Below, piece after piece: positions 37,674 through 47,652 of a DNA stretch of 64,000 nucleotides. This stretch comes from an uncultured Bacillota bacterium (GTDB lineage Bacteria; Bacillota; Clostridia; Christensenellales; UBA1242). Under the pieces are notes generated by a model, which did not search any database, was not told the origin of the DNA, and saw nothing but the letters and a program-made list of their open reading frames with translations. Location: contig CAOJXO010000003.1 of NCBI GenBank assembly GCA_948465545.1, positions 18,936-82,935 on the forward strand, read 5' to 3'. The stretch's first letter is position 1; each line of letters starts with the position of its first letter. Position numbers and translations under genes: made by a program.

Positions 37674-38747
37674 CTAAGTTAGGCTATAATAACCACCTGG
37701 CATTCTTCTTATTATTCCACTAATTTCCATCGTTGTCAAATAACTATTCAACGAATTTATGTTTAAATTGCAATTTTCTGAGATAAAATCTATATCTTTT
37801 TCGCCATTTTTCAGTATTTCAACAATTTTCCCTTCAATTATTCCAAGTTGAAGCACTTTTTTGGGTTTCTTTGCAAAATCAGAAATTCCCAGTTCTTCCA
37901 ATATATATTTAGGGTCAACAACGCCCTGCCCCTGACCTGAAACTATAATATCGTTGGTAAGGGCACTCATCTCACTTGTGATGTTTCCTGGCACAGCAAA
38001 AACCGTCTTGCCATAATCAAGCGCAAAGTCTTTGGTATGCACCGTACCACTTTTCACACCAGCCTCAGTGATTAAAATCCCATCACTAAGCCCAGCAACA
38101 ATTCTGTTGCGTTGTGGAAAAGTGTACCTTGTTGCTTTTATAGAAGGACAATATTCACTTATAAGCAGTCCCTTTTCAGCAATCTCATTTGCAAGAGCGG
38201 TATGCTCGCTTGGATAAATATAGTTAAACCCACTGCCAAGCACTGCAATAGTTTTACCGCCAACCTCTAACGCTTTACGATGTGCTATGCTGTCAACACC
38301 ATAAGCAAGTCCACTTATTATTGTCACACCCGCTCCTGCAAGTTCACCCGCAAAACGATCAGTAATAATTCTACCATAGTTGGTTGGGGTGCGTGTACCA
38401 ACTATACCAATGCTTTTTGTGTTTAAAAGTGAGAGGTCACCCTTGCAGAAAAGATAGTAAGGTGCATCATCTAAACCCAACAATTTTTCTGGATAATCCT
38501 CACTAAACTTTGTTATTACCTTTATATCCTTTTCTTTAAGATTTGCAAAATATGAAGATACTCTACGATCAGATGCAGACTCTTTCATATGTGCTACATT
38601 TTCATCTTTTAATAAAACATCTAAATTTCTCGCCTTAACAAACCCGTCTATGGAAATCTCATCAAGATTATTCAAAATATCATTAATTTTATTAAGCGAT
38701 AAATTAAATTGTGAAATAAATATTAAAAATCTTTCTTCGTCAGTCAT
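37674..38747 (-). CDS. dprA: DNA processing protein DprA
   Basis: IGIVGTRTPTNYG, GLAYGVDSIAH and FPQRNRIVAGL motifs. An alternative upstream start exists at 38771. Confidence 0.88.
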   Translation of the reverse strand: MTDEERFLIFISQFNLSLNKINDILNNLDEISIDGFVKARNLDVLLKDENVAHMKESASDRRVSSYFANLKEKDIKVITKFSEDYPEKLLGLDDAPYYLFCKGDLSLLNTKSIGIVGTRTPTNYGRIITDRFAGELAGAGVTIISGLAYGVDSIAHRKALEVGGKTIAVLGSGFNYIYPSEHTALANEIAEKGLLISEYCPSIKATRYTFPQRNRIVAGLSDGILITEAGVKSGTVHTKDFALDYGKTVFAVPGNITSEMSALTNDIIVSGQGQGVVDPKYILEELGISDFAKKPKKVLQLGIIEGKIVEILKNGEKDIDFISENCNLNINSLNSYLTTMEISGIIRRMPGGYYSLT

Positions 38748-38748
38748 A

Positions 38749-40281
38749 TTACCCCCAGTATTTTCTGTCAAGCGAACGATAACTTATGGCTTCCGCTATA
38801 TGTTGCGATAGAATATTTTCTTCACCATCAAGGTCGGCAATAGTCCTTGCCACTCGCAAGATTCGGTCATGTGCCCTTGCACTAAGTTTAAGTTTATCAA
38901 AAGCCATTCTAAGTAGACTTTCACCACCCTCATCAAGTTTGCAGAACTTCTTAGTTTGAGGTACACTCATCTTCGCATTTGAATACACCTTTGTGCCAGA
39001 AAATCTATCTAGTTGCAACTGCCTAGCCTTGTCAACACGCTGTTTAATAGCCTTTGAACTTTCCTCCTCTTTCTGACTTTTAAGGTCGTCATAGGTTACA
39101 TTATCCACCTCAATATGGATGTCAATTCTATCCATAATAGGCCCAGATAGTTTAGAAAGATATTTATGTATTTGGGTTGGACTGCAACTGCACTCCTTAC
39201 CCTTGCTTCCATAATTTCCACAAGGACAAGGATTCATGCTTGCAATAAGCATAAAATTTGCAGGATAAGTCACGGTAGCATGTGTCCTAGCCACCGTAAT
39301 AAAGCCGTCCTCAAGAGGCTGACGTAAAGTTTCTATTGTATGACGCGAATACTCTGGCATTTCGTCCAAAAAGAGAACCCCATTATGTGCAAGACTAATC
39401 TCACCAGGCTTGCTGGTACTACTGCCACCAGTAAGGCTTACTGTTGACGCCGTATGATGAGGACTTCTGAAAGGTCTGGTTGAAACGATACCTTTTTTAA
39501 GGTCAAGTTCCCCTGATACAGAGTGAATCTTTGTAACCTCCAACGCCTCTTCAAAAGTCAGGTTTGGAAGTATTGACGGAAAACATTTTGCAAGCATACT
39601 TTTTCCACTTCCAGGAGGGCCTATCATAATCACATTATGCCCGCCTGCTGCGGCAATCTCTAAGGCACGCTTCGCCCTCGCCTGACCTTTTACATTTGAA
39701 AAATCTAAGATATTAGCACCCGCTTCTAACACGGCGGTGTAATCACACACCTGCACTTTTTCAATTTCGGCTTTATCTTGTAAAAACTTAACACACTCTC
39801 TCAGAGTTTTAACAGGATACACCTCTATCCCTTGAATGAAACCCGCTTCGGTTGCATTTTCAAAAGGAATAACAAACTTTTTAATCCCTTCCTTGCGTGC
39901 AGCAATAAGAATAGGAAGCACACCTTTTACTTTTTTTACCGCTCCATCAAGGGAAAGTTCGCCAATATAACAATATTCTTTTAAGTGTTTAATTTCAGTA
40001 TCCCTATTTAACGAAATCATTGATACAGCTATTGCAAGGTCGTATAATGTACCTTCCTTTTTTATATCGGCAGGTGCAAGATTGATTGTGATGCGTTTTG
40101 CAGGATATTCATAACCGCTGTTAAGAATGGCTGAACGAACACGCTCCTTTGCCTCTTTAATAGCGGTGTCAGCAAGTCCAACCACATCAAAATGAGGAAG
40201 CCCATTAGAGATATCAGTTTCTACATCCACCTTATACCCCTCAATTCCCTTTAAACCAAAACTTACAACCTTTGCTAACAT
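38749..40281 (-). CDS. comM: YifB/ComM family Mg-chelatase-like ATPase
   Basis: 510 aa with a Lon-like N-terminal domain, Walker A GPPGSGKSMLAK, and GVLFLDEMPE. Confidence 0.9.
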   Translation of the reverse strand: MLAKVVSFGLKGIEGYKVDVETDISNGLPHFDVVGLADTAIKEAKERVRSAILNSGYEYPAKRITINLAPADIKKEGTLYDLAIAVSMISLNRDTEIKHLKEYCYIGELSLDGAVKKVKGVLPILIAARKEGIKKFVIPFENATEAGFIQGIEVYPVKTLRECVKFLQDKAEIEKVQVCDYTAVLEAGANILDFSNVKGQARAKRALEIAAAGGHNVIMIGPPGSGKSMLAKCFPSILPNLTFEEALEVTKIHSVSGELDLKKGIVSTRPFRSPHHTASTVSLTGGSSTSKPGEISLAHNGVLFLDEMPEYSRHTIETLRQPLEDGFITVARTHATVTYPANFMLIASMNPCPCGNYGSKGKECSCSPTQIHKYLSKLSGPIMDRIDIHIEVDNVTYDDLKSQKEEESSKAIKQRVDKARQLQLDRFSGTKVYSNAKMSVPQTKKFCKLDEGGESLLRMAFDKLKLSARAHDRILRVARTIADLDGEENILSQHIAEAISYRSLDRKYWG

Positions 40282-40282
40282 T

Positions 40283-40942
40283 CTATAACCTCAACTTCTT
40301 TAGTTCAAATTTTTGCTCTTTAGTTATGCGAAATGAATCGCACATTTTTGATATTGATTTGTTTCTCAAAAACTTATCTTCAATTTGTGGCAAAAGATTA
40401 AAAATATATTCAAAATCCCTTATTCCCGCTTCGGCAATAGTCCAAGCCTGTGCCATCTTTACATAATAGTTCTCATCCTTCACAGAGAGAATTTGGTCTA
40501 ACCCATCCCTTGCATTCTTTCTAACAAAGTAGCACATAAGATAAATTATTCCCACCCGCTTTTCAAAAGGATTTTCACGCAAGAGGAGTTTTTCAAAATA
40601 TTCCCTCTCGCTTTCAAGCCCTTTAAGCCTACTTACAATCATATCACAATGTGCCCAATTATCAAAATAAACAATAAGTTTATCTAAATATTTTATCTTG
40701 TCTTGCTTTGACATCTTGCTTCTTGCAAGCACCATTCCAGCAAGTAATACCTCTTCAAAACTATCAAGTGGCAAATCCTCTATATTTACCCCTCGCTTTA
40801 CAAGTTCTTTTGCGTATTCTTCAAGAACCCCAGTTTTAAGTCCATAAACATATTTGTCGGTAACAAGAATTCGCCTTTGAAATATCGCATTTTCCTTATC
40901 TTCATTTTTCCTTAAAAAATCTTTAACTTCATCTGCAAGCAT
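40283..40942 (-). CDS. DNA alkylation repair (AlkD-like HEAT-repeat) protein
   Basis: 219 aa helical repeat protein. The pattern resembles the DNA_alkylation family (from memory). Confidence 0.5.
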   Translation of the reverse strand: MLADEVKDFLRKNEDKENAIFQRRILVTDKYVYGLKTGVLEEYAKELVKRGVNIEDLPLDSFEEVLLAGMVLARSKMSKQDKIKYLDKLIVYFDNWAHCDMIVSRLKGLESEREYFEKLLLRENPFEKRVGIIYLMCYFVRKNARDGLDQILSVKDENYYVKMAQAWTIAEAGIRDFEYIFNLLPQIEDKFLRNKSISKMCDSFRITKEQKFELKKLRL

Positions 40943-41028
40943 ATATATCTCCTTAATTTTATTTTATCATAAAACCCTTTTCAGCCAAAGAAATATTCAA
41001 TCAAAAAAGAATGGTCAAGCCATTCTTT

Positions 41029-42311
41029 TTAACTTTCACTTTCTTCTTCACTACCTTTTAAGATATCTCTAATTTGTTCTACTGTCAAACTTGCTTTAAA
41101 AATTTTATTGTATTGTACTTGCAAACTATATAAACCATTGTATATAGCATTATTTACAGTACTTATGGTCAAGCCTAAAATGTCAGCAACCTCCGCATAT
41201 TTAACCTTCTTAGGTGCATAATACAGCATTAAGAGTATCAATGATTGCCTTTTTGTAAGGTTTGAAACTATAATATTCTTCAATGTTGCTTTTGGTGTTT
41301 CAGCAGAAATAGCAGTTGCCTGAATAGTCTTTTTATCTTTATATTTTTCCAGAATCTCAATAAGCCTATCATTGGTAAGTGGTTTCTTTGGATTTTCTTG
41401 GTTATAAATCTCTAAAAGTTTTTTAAGTCCATTTTGTTTTGTTAAAGAAACTGTATTAAAACTAATTCCCAATTTGTCTGCAATTTGCTTTTGTGTTGTT
41501 TTTTTAGCAGTAAAGTACAACTTTTTCAAAATTTGGGTTTGACGCTTTGAAAGTTTTGCATTTACAATCTTTTTAAGCTTCGGAATTGCAGAAGAAATTG
41601 AAACCTCTCGTGGAGGCTTCTTTTCCACCTCTTTTTTTGCTCTGCCACCTGTGCGTATTTTAAGTTCGCCAGTTTCAATCAAAATCTTTAAGTTTTTAAT
41701 TGCACTCTTCTCTATTCTTGATATATATGATTGTTTTAATCCAAGAATCTTGGCAATTTTTCTTTGATTTACAACCTTATCTCCATCACCCGATAAATAT
41801 CTCAATTTCAATACCTGCGACTGCTTTGGTGGAAGTTTGTCTATATATTTAAACAAATCTCTTAAGATGCTTTCTCTTTCTTCCGTATCAACAACATCCG
41901 CTTCAACATCCACATCACTTGCTAAAACATCTTCTAATTCTAATTCGCTATCGTCTTTACCTTTTGCTAGGGTGGAATTAAGTGATACTACAATTCCCCC
42001 CCCAATTTATTCTCACGTCTAAAATACATTAGTATTTCATTTTCAATACATCTTGCCGCATAAGTGGCAAAAGCCAAGCCTCGGTCTAGTTCAAAACTCT
42101 GAACCGCTTTCATAAGTCCAATCTTACCAGTGGAAATGATATCCTCAAAATCATGCTCATGTCCATTTTTAAACTTTTGTGCAATATATCCAACAAAACG
42201 TTCATTTTTTGAAACAATCTCACCAAATATTCTGCTATATTCTTTTGAACCTTTTTCGTATTTTTTCAACTCTTCAAAAAGTTGTCTATTTTCATCTGTT
42301 GTCATTTTCAT
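41029..42311 (-). pseudogene. sigma-70-family sigma factor split by a frameshift in a G8 tract (ORFs 41988-42311 and 41029-41913); the repaired product has three region-4-like HTH modules
   Basis: The upstream ORF carries region 2 (DIISTGKIGLMKAVQSFELDRGLAFATYAARCIENEILMYFRR) and stops 3 codons after GGGGGGGG. Adding one G reads through as KLGGGIVVSLNSTLAKGKDDSELELEDVLASDVDVEAD, in frame with the downstream ORF. I verified this codon by codon. Confidence 0.8.
41996..42003 (-). repeat. homopolymer C8 (G8 on the coding strand) at the sigma-factor frameshift site
   Basis: Counted directly: caatt cccccccc aattt. Confidence 0.95.
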
Positions 42312-42397
42312 AATTTTTATTATAACCTAAAACCCGTCCAAAGTCAATACTCAACCTTAAACAAAAAAGCAAGGGAATCAATCCTTGCTTTTTAAAA

Positions 42398-42748
42398 TTA
42401 GTTATTATCTTTTGACTTGATTTTAGCAGCCTTACCAGTTAAATCTCTAACGTAGTAAAGTTTAGCACGTCTTGGGCTACCCTTTCTAACAACTTCAACA
42501 CCTGCAACAAGTGGAGAGTGAAGAGGGAAAGTACGCTCAACGCCAACGCCATAAGAATTTTTTCTAACAGTGAAAGTTTCTCTTACACCGCCGTTACGTT
42601 TAGCAATAACAACGCCTTCATAAGCCTGAATTCTTTCTTTATCGCCTTCCTTAATTCTAACATTTACTTTAACAGTATCACCAATGCTAAATTCAGGAAG
42701 AGTATCTTTCATATATTCTTTCTCGATTTGATCAATAACGTTACTCAT
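42398..42748 (-). CDS. rplS: 50S ribosomal protein L19
   Basis: 116 aa. [35 protein letters not shown] is the canonical L19 sequence. Confidence 0.95.
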   Translation of the reverse strand: MSNVIDQIEKEYMKDTLPEFSIGDTVKVNVRIKEGDKERIQAYEGVVIAKRNGGVRETFTVRKNSYGVGVERTFPLHSPLVAGVEVVRKGSPRRAKLYYVRDLTGKAAKIKSKDNN

Positions 42749-42784
42749 GTTCTTCTCCTTTTAATAGATTTTTGTGGTTAAATC

Positions 42785-42967
42785 TTAGCCTCTTTTTCTT
42801 GCTCTTTTACGGGCAGCCTCACGTTTTTTCTTCTTAGCAACGCTTGGTTTATCGTAGGCTTCTTTCTTTCTAATATCACCAATGATACCGTCTTTTTGGC
42901 ATTTTCTCTTAAATCTTTTTAATGCACTTTCAAGACTTTCGTTTTCGCCAACTTTAACTGTTGTCAA
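42785..42967 (-). CDS. rpsU: 30S ribosomal protein S21
   Basis: [25 protein letters not shown] is the canonical S21 sequence. The likely start is the TTG at 42967, about 10 nt after an AGAAGGTGG RBS; the track ORF begins at a GTG at 42979, inside the RBS. Confidence 0.88.
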   Translation of the reverse strand: MTTVKVGENESLESALKRFKRKCQKDGIIGDIRKKEAYDKPSVAKKKKREAARKRARKRG

Positions 42968-43037
42968 TCTTCTCACCACCTTCTAATTTTAAGTTCCGTA
43001 ATAGTATATATTAAGCCACCTAAAAAGTCAACCAAAA

Positions 43038-44303
43038 TCACAAAACTTTTTTAACTTTTGCTTTTGCCCCGTCTTTATAAGGTTTGTGGATTTTAACCTC
43101 TACAATCTGATTTTCAAGTTTCTTGTGGCTTCTAATATAGCACTTAATGTAGTTTTCAGTGTAACCTACATAATATAACCCTTCTTTCTCTTCAACCAGC
43201 ACCTTGCCAAACTTGTTTTTCTTAATAAAGTCCACCTGCAATTCTTTCTTAATTTCATTAAGTACTTCAAACCTATGTTGTTTAACTGCTGGTGGCACAT
43301 CTTTCATCTTGCTTGCCACAGTCCCCTCACGATGAGAATATTGAAAGATATGTAAACTTGCAAAATTTACCTTTTTGATAAATTCTACGGTTTCATTAAA
43401 CTCTTCTTCTGTTTCATCAGGGAAGCCAACAATCACATCCGTGGTTATTCCCGCAATAGGGAAAAATTTGCGTATACGCTCCACCGACTCTAAAAACTGC
43501 GATGGCGTATACTTTCTATTCATACGTTTAAGCACGCTTGCACTTCCGCTTTGAAGGGAAAGATGAAAATGCGGACAGAAATTTTTAAGGTTTGCAATTC
43601 CCTCCACAAACTCATCACCAACCAAACTCTCTTCCATTGAAGATAGCCTAAGTCGTTTATCAAACGAATCTAGTTGTTCTAAAAGTGTAAGTAGGCTTGG
43701 CACTCCGTCAATCTTGTAATCGGTTACATTGATACCAGTAAGCACAACTTCTTTAATATCAGCAGGCAGGTCCGCAACCTCTTCAATTATGCTGATAATG
43801 CTTCTTGACCTAGACCTCCCTCTAAGATAAGGAATAATACAATAAGAACAAAAGTTGTTGCAACCATCTTGAATTTTTATATAAGCACGGGTTCTATCTT
43901 GCTCTGCATGCATGTCATCTTCATAAACTTTTGGAAGTGGTGCAACTAAGTCTTTAGAACGCACCTTATCCCTCATCTTTTCTATATAGTCAATAATTTT
44001 AATCTTTGCACCAACACCACTTACATAATCAACACCCTTTTCTAAGAACTGCTTAGGATTATGTTGACTTGCACAACCACACACAAATACTCTCGCGTTT
44101 TTGTTGTATTTCTTACACCTTGCAATCATCTGGCGAGATTTCTTTTCTGCCTCAGCCGTAACCGCACAAGAATTGATGATATAAACATCAGCAGGCATTA
44201 ACTCACTGCTGACTTCAAAGTCTTTTAATTTTAAATAATGTTTTATTGCGTCGCTTTCATATTTGTTGACCTTGCAACCAAGCGTAACGATTACAACCTT
44301 CAT
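43038..44303 (-). CDS. mtaB: tRNA (t6A37) methylthiotransferase MtaB (radical SAM)
   Basis: UPF0004 N-terminal domain (TLGCKVN), radical-SAM CNNFCSYC, and a TRAM-like C-terminus. Sits in rsmE-mtaB synteny. Confidence 0.82.
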   Translation of the reverse strand: MKVVIVTLGCKVNKYESDAIKHYLKLKDFEVSSELMPADVYIINSCAVTAEAEKKSRQMIARCKKYNKNARVFVCGCASQHNPKQFLEKGVDYVSGVGAKIKIIDYIEKMRDKVRSKDLVAPLPKVYEDDMHAEQDRTRAYIKIQDGCNNFCSYCIIPYLRGRSRSRSIISIIEEVADLPADIKEVVLTGINVTDYKIDGVPSLLTLLEQLDSFDKRLRLSSMEESLVGDEFVEGIANLKNFCPHFHLSLQSGSASVLKRMNRKYTPSQFLESVERIRKFFPIAGITTDVIVGFPDETEEEFNETVEFIKKVNFASLHIFQYSHREGTVASKMKDVPPAVKQHRFEVLNEIKKELQVDFIKKNKFGKVLVEEKEGLYYVGYTENYIKCYIRSHKKLENQIVEVKIHKPYKDGAKAKVKKVL

Positions 44304-44311
44304 ATTTCTCC

Positions 44312-45016
44312 TTAGTTTTCAGATAAAATGTCTACCACAGCAAGCAGGGCTACCGACGCCGTATCACAACGAAGAATCCTTGCCCCTAAACTTACCGATT
44401 TTACCTTGTCATTTGTTTTTTTAATTGCCTCTGCCTCTTCCAGCGAAAAACCACCTTCCGCACCAATGATAACAGCAATGCTTCCCTTGCTCTTCAAGTC
44501 TGTTATGTTAAATTTATCAGACGAATGCTCGTTTGCAAATATAACCATATCATAATCTGATAATTCTTTCAATACCTTTTCAAAAGATAAAACATCACTC
44601 ACTGGCACTAACTTGCTTCGTTCACATTGCTTGCAGGCGGTAAGAACAATCTGCTCCACCCTTTCCCGCTTAAAGTCATGATTCACAGAGAACTGACTTG
44701 CAAAAGGACGAATCTCACTTACCCCCAACTCCACAGACTTTGTGACAATGGTTTCAAAATATTCACGCTTAGGCATAGCTTGATAAAGCACAATGTTCTT
44801 TTTAGGAAGTGCCCTGCATTTTTCCACCCTGCCAATCTTTGCAACCACACTTTTCTTGTTGACTTCAATAAGGGTGCAATAATAATCATTTTCATCATTG
44901 AGGGAGGCGATAATTTCCTGCCCCACCTTCATACGTAAAACTTGGGCAATGTGTCCTGCCTCATTGCCCTCAAAAATAATATTTTCTCCAAGTTTTTTGC
45001 CAAAAAATCTTTTCAT
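44312..45016 (-). CDS. rsmE: 16S rRNA (uracil1498-N3)-methyltransferase RsmE
   Basis: 234 aa. The HIAQVLRMKVGQ N-terminus and IGAEGGFS C-terminal motif are typical of RsmE. Confidence 0.82.
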   Translation of the reverse strand: MKRFFGKKLGENIIFEGNEAGHIAQVLRMKVGQEIIASLNDENDYYCTLIEVNKKSVVAKIGRVEKCRALPKKNIVLYQAMPKREYFETIVTKSVELGVSEIRPFASQFSVNHDFKRERVEQIVLTACKQCERSKLVPVSDVLSFEKVLKELSDYDMVIFANEHSSDKFNITDLKSKGSIAVIIGAEGGFSLEEAEAIKKTNDKVKSVSLGARILRCDTASVALLAVVDILSEN

Positions 45017-45052
45017 GAAATTAGTATAACGCTTTTGGGCATCTATTGCAAA

Positions 45053-45640
45053 CTAATTCACAAAATGCTTAATAAAACTTTCTCTGTGTATTTTTGTTTT
45101 ACCGTACTTTTTTAAAACCTCAATATGAGCCTTTGTGCCATAACCTTTGTGTTTTGCAAATCCATACTCGGGATACTTTTCATCAAGGCTCACCATAAGC
45201 CTATCACGGTGCACCTTTGCAAGGATTGAAGCAGACGCAATATTGTAAGAAAGTGCGTCACCTTTAATGATGTTATCTTGTGGCAAGTCGGTGTCAATTT
45301 TAACAGCATCAATAAGAACAATGTCTGGCATAACATCCAAACTTTCAAGAGCCTTTTTCATACCCAGCCTTGTTGCTTGCAAAATATTAATTTCGTCAAT
45401 CTTCTTTTCGTCAATCTCAACAATAGAATAAGCAACAGCAGTGTTAATTATTTTTTTATATAACTCTTCACGCTTTTTTGCAGAAAGTTTTTTGCTGTCA
45501 TTAATGCCATCTATAATTTTGTCAGAGTCTATAGGCATAATAACACAGGCACAAACAACAGGCCCAGCAAGTGGACCTCTTCCCGCCTCATCAATCCCTG
45601 CAATTATCTTACCTTTGTATTTCTTTTCATAATCTAACAT
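45053..45640 (-). CDS. rnhB: ribonuclease HII
   Basis: GIDEAGRGPLAGPVV and DSKKLS motifs. Confidence 0.9.
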   Translation of the reverse strand: MLDYEKKYKGKIIAGIDEAGRGPLAGPVVCACVIMPIDSDKIIDGINDSKKLSAKKREELYKKIINTAVAYSIVEIDEKKIDEINILQATRLGMKKALESLDVMPDIVLIDAVKIDTDLPQDNIIKGDALSYNIASASILAKVHRDRLMVSLDEKYPEYGFAKHKGYGTKAHIEVLKKYGKTKIHRESFIKHFVN

Positions 45641-45729
45641 ATTTACATTTTAACACATCTTCAATAAAATTCAAAATTTAACATTGAAAAACAAAGTTCT
45701 TATGTTATAATAAAAATAAGGAGTGCAAT

Positions 45730-46422
45730 ATGCAAAAAATATCAAAAAGAGCCATATTTAATTTTGAAGAATCAGATAGCACACTAATAAATGAATTAAG
45801 TGACTACTTAGATGATGACAAAAACATCGTACCTATTTACGAATTCTTTGAGGTTGAAGAACCTGATAAAAAAATAAAAATAGAAATCGTACCGACAAAA
45901 AAAGAATATGACGAAAAATTCAAAGTGTTAGGCAATTATCCTCCTGACTATATTGTTCAAGATTGGATGATAGGCTGTTTTAATTCAACGAAGAACAAAA
46001 TTTTGTATTTATCTTTAAATGACTATAAAAACACATCGCATGCCTTCAAACCAGACGATTATGATAAAGCACTTAACCATTTCAAAAAAACAATCGTACA
46101 CGAATACGTACACTACGTCACCGAACTTTTTGCAAAAAAACACAATTGTGGCTGGAGAGCAAAATACATATCAGAAGGTCTTGCAATCTGCCTAAGCCAT
46201 CAAAAAGATGATATGAAACTTAAGTTTAACTATCATCTTGATGAAATTATAAATGGTAATGCACATTACAATGCTTATTATTTACTCACAAAATATCTTA
46301 TAGAAAACTATGACAAATCGTTTACATTTAAACTTATTGAAAGTAACCGAAAAGCACACGAATTTCTAAAAGATGAATTATATGATAAAGTAAATAAATT
46401 GTATAACCAAGAAAATATATAA
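45730..46422 (+). CDS. hypothetical protein with an HExxH motif (putative metallopeptidase-like)
   Basis: 230 aa containing IVHEYVHYVTE. AAGGAG RBS. No signal peptide. Confidence 0.45.
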   Translation: MQKISKRAIFNFEESDSTLINELSDYLDDDKNIVPIYEFFEVEEPDKKIKIEIVPTKKEYDEKFKVLGNYPPDYIVQDWMIGCFNSTKNKILYLSLNDYKNTSHAFKPDDYDKALNHFKKTIVHEYVHYVTELFAKKHNCGWRAKYISEGLAICLSHQKDDMKLKFNYHLDEIINGNAHYNAYYLLTKYLIENYDKSFTFKLIESNRKAHEFLKDELYDKVNKLYNQENI

Positions 46423-46425
46423 AAA

Positions 46426-46446
46426 ATAACGGATTAATCCGTTATT
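46426..46446. terminator. bidirectional terminator aataacgga-tta-tccgttatt
   Basis: Perfect palindrome flanked by A6 and T7 runs, between convergent genes. Confidence 0.8.
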
Positions 46447-46448
46447 TT

Positions 46449-47645
46449 TTATTCACAATACATAAATCCTGAAAATGTTACTTCATCCCAAATATCTTTT
46501 AAGAGCCTACCTTTTATATTTGCGTTGTCAACAAATTCTTCTCTATTATCAAATTCTTGTTGCATACTTTCTGAACAGAAAACAATCTTGTTCTTATCTT
46601 TTCTAAAAACTTCGTACATAATATTTTCATGCTTAAATAACATTTCACTATAAAAAAACAATCCTTTTACAAATTCATCAAAGGTAGCCTTGAATGGCAA
46701 TCCTTTTTTATATTGTTCTCTTGCAGTTGTAGGAGAAACAAGCATAGGATAACTTATTCCAAGTTGCTTTTCAAACAAATCTTCATCTTTACTAAACTTC
46801 CATCCACAATGTGAGCACTCTCCATTCCCATACATATCTTGGCAAGCAGTTTTTCCACAAATTGAACATTTTACTAAATTATCTTTAATATATGGATCTT
46901 CATATTTAAAAAACTTAAAATCTTGTGGATTTAAACCACTAACATTTTTGTTTTGTTTTTCCCACTTAAATTGAACCAAATCTTTCCAATTTAAATTTTT
47001 TGTCCACTCATAAGTCGTTGGTAGAAAAGACTTAATATTACCTTTCATTGATGGAAAAGGTTCATCATAACATAAAACCAAACTAGGTTTTATGCGTTTT
47101 ATCATCTCTTTATATCCAAGCATAAACTCTTCTTCACAATTTTCACGATAGTAAGTACAAACCGCAACAATTGAACCTTCTTCTATTCCATCAAAACAAA
47201 AGTCAAAACTTCTTACATCCCCCCAACTTACCGTTGGAATAACTTTTAACCCTTGACTTTGCCAAAACGCACCACACCATCTATTCTTAAAAACACTCTC
47301 AATTTGTAATGCTAATGGCATATTTGTAAATAATGAAAAATCTGGCGAAAGTATTGCATAATATTGCAATAGTTTTTCAAGTTCATCATTTGCTTTGTCA
47401 TATACTTTTTCAAAAAGCCAATCATATGTAAAAAAATGAATTGTCTTATCTTGATTTTCTATATCATTTAATTTTGTATTAACATAACTTAAAAATTGAA
47501 TTTTATCCACATCAATATCTTGTTTGCGTATTAATGGAAATTCATAAACTCCTTGTGATTGTTTATTATACAAAAATTCATTTCTAACTAATTTCTGTTT
47601 ATTCTTTTGTTTTTGTTCTTCATACTCACTTTGTTTTTTCATCAT
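46449..47645 (-). CDS. DUF4417-like N-terminal domain fused to a CPCC-like Cys-rich module and a C-terminal extension
   Basis: 398 aa. IHFFTYDWLFEKVY...LSPDFSLFTNMPLALQIESVFKNRWCGAFWQSQGLKVIPTVSWGD matches my recollection of DUF4417. CSICGKTACQDMYGNGECSHCGWKF...ARE.YKKG is CPCC-like. Confidence 0.5.
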   Translation of the reverse strand: MMKKQSEYEEQKQKNKQKLVRNEFLYNKQSQGVYEFPLIRKQDIDVDKIQFLSYVNTKLNDIENQDKTIHFFTYDWLFEKVYDKANDELEKLLQYYAILSPDFSLFTNMPLALQIESVFKNRWCGAFWQSQGLKVIPTVSWGDVRSFDFCFDGIEEGSIVAVCTYYRENCEEEFMLGYKEMIKRIKPSLVLCYDEPFPSMKGNIKSFLPTTYEWTKNLNWKDLVQFKWEKQNKNVSGLNPQDFKFFKYEDPYIKDNLVKCSICGKTACQDMYGNGECSHCGWKFSKDEDLFEKQLGISYPMLVSPTTAREQYKKGLPFKATFDEFVKGLFFYSEMLFKHENIMYEVFRKDKNKIVFCSESMQQEFDNREEFVDNANIKGRLLKDIWDEVTFSGFMYCE

Positions 47646-47652
47646 CGTCCCC

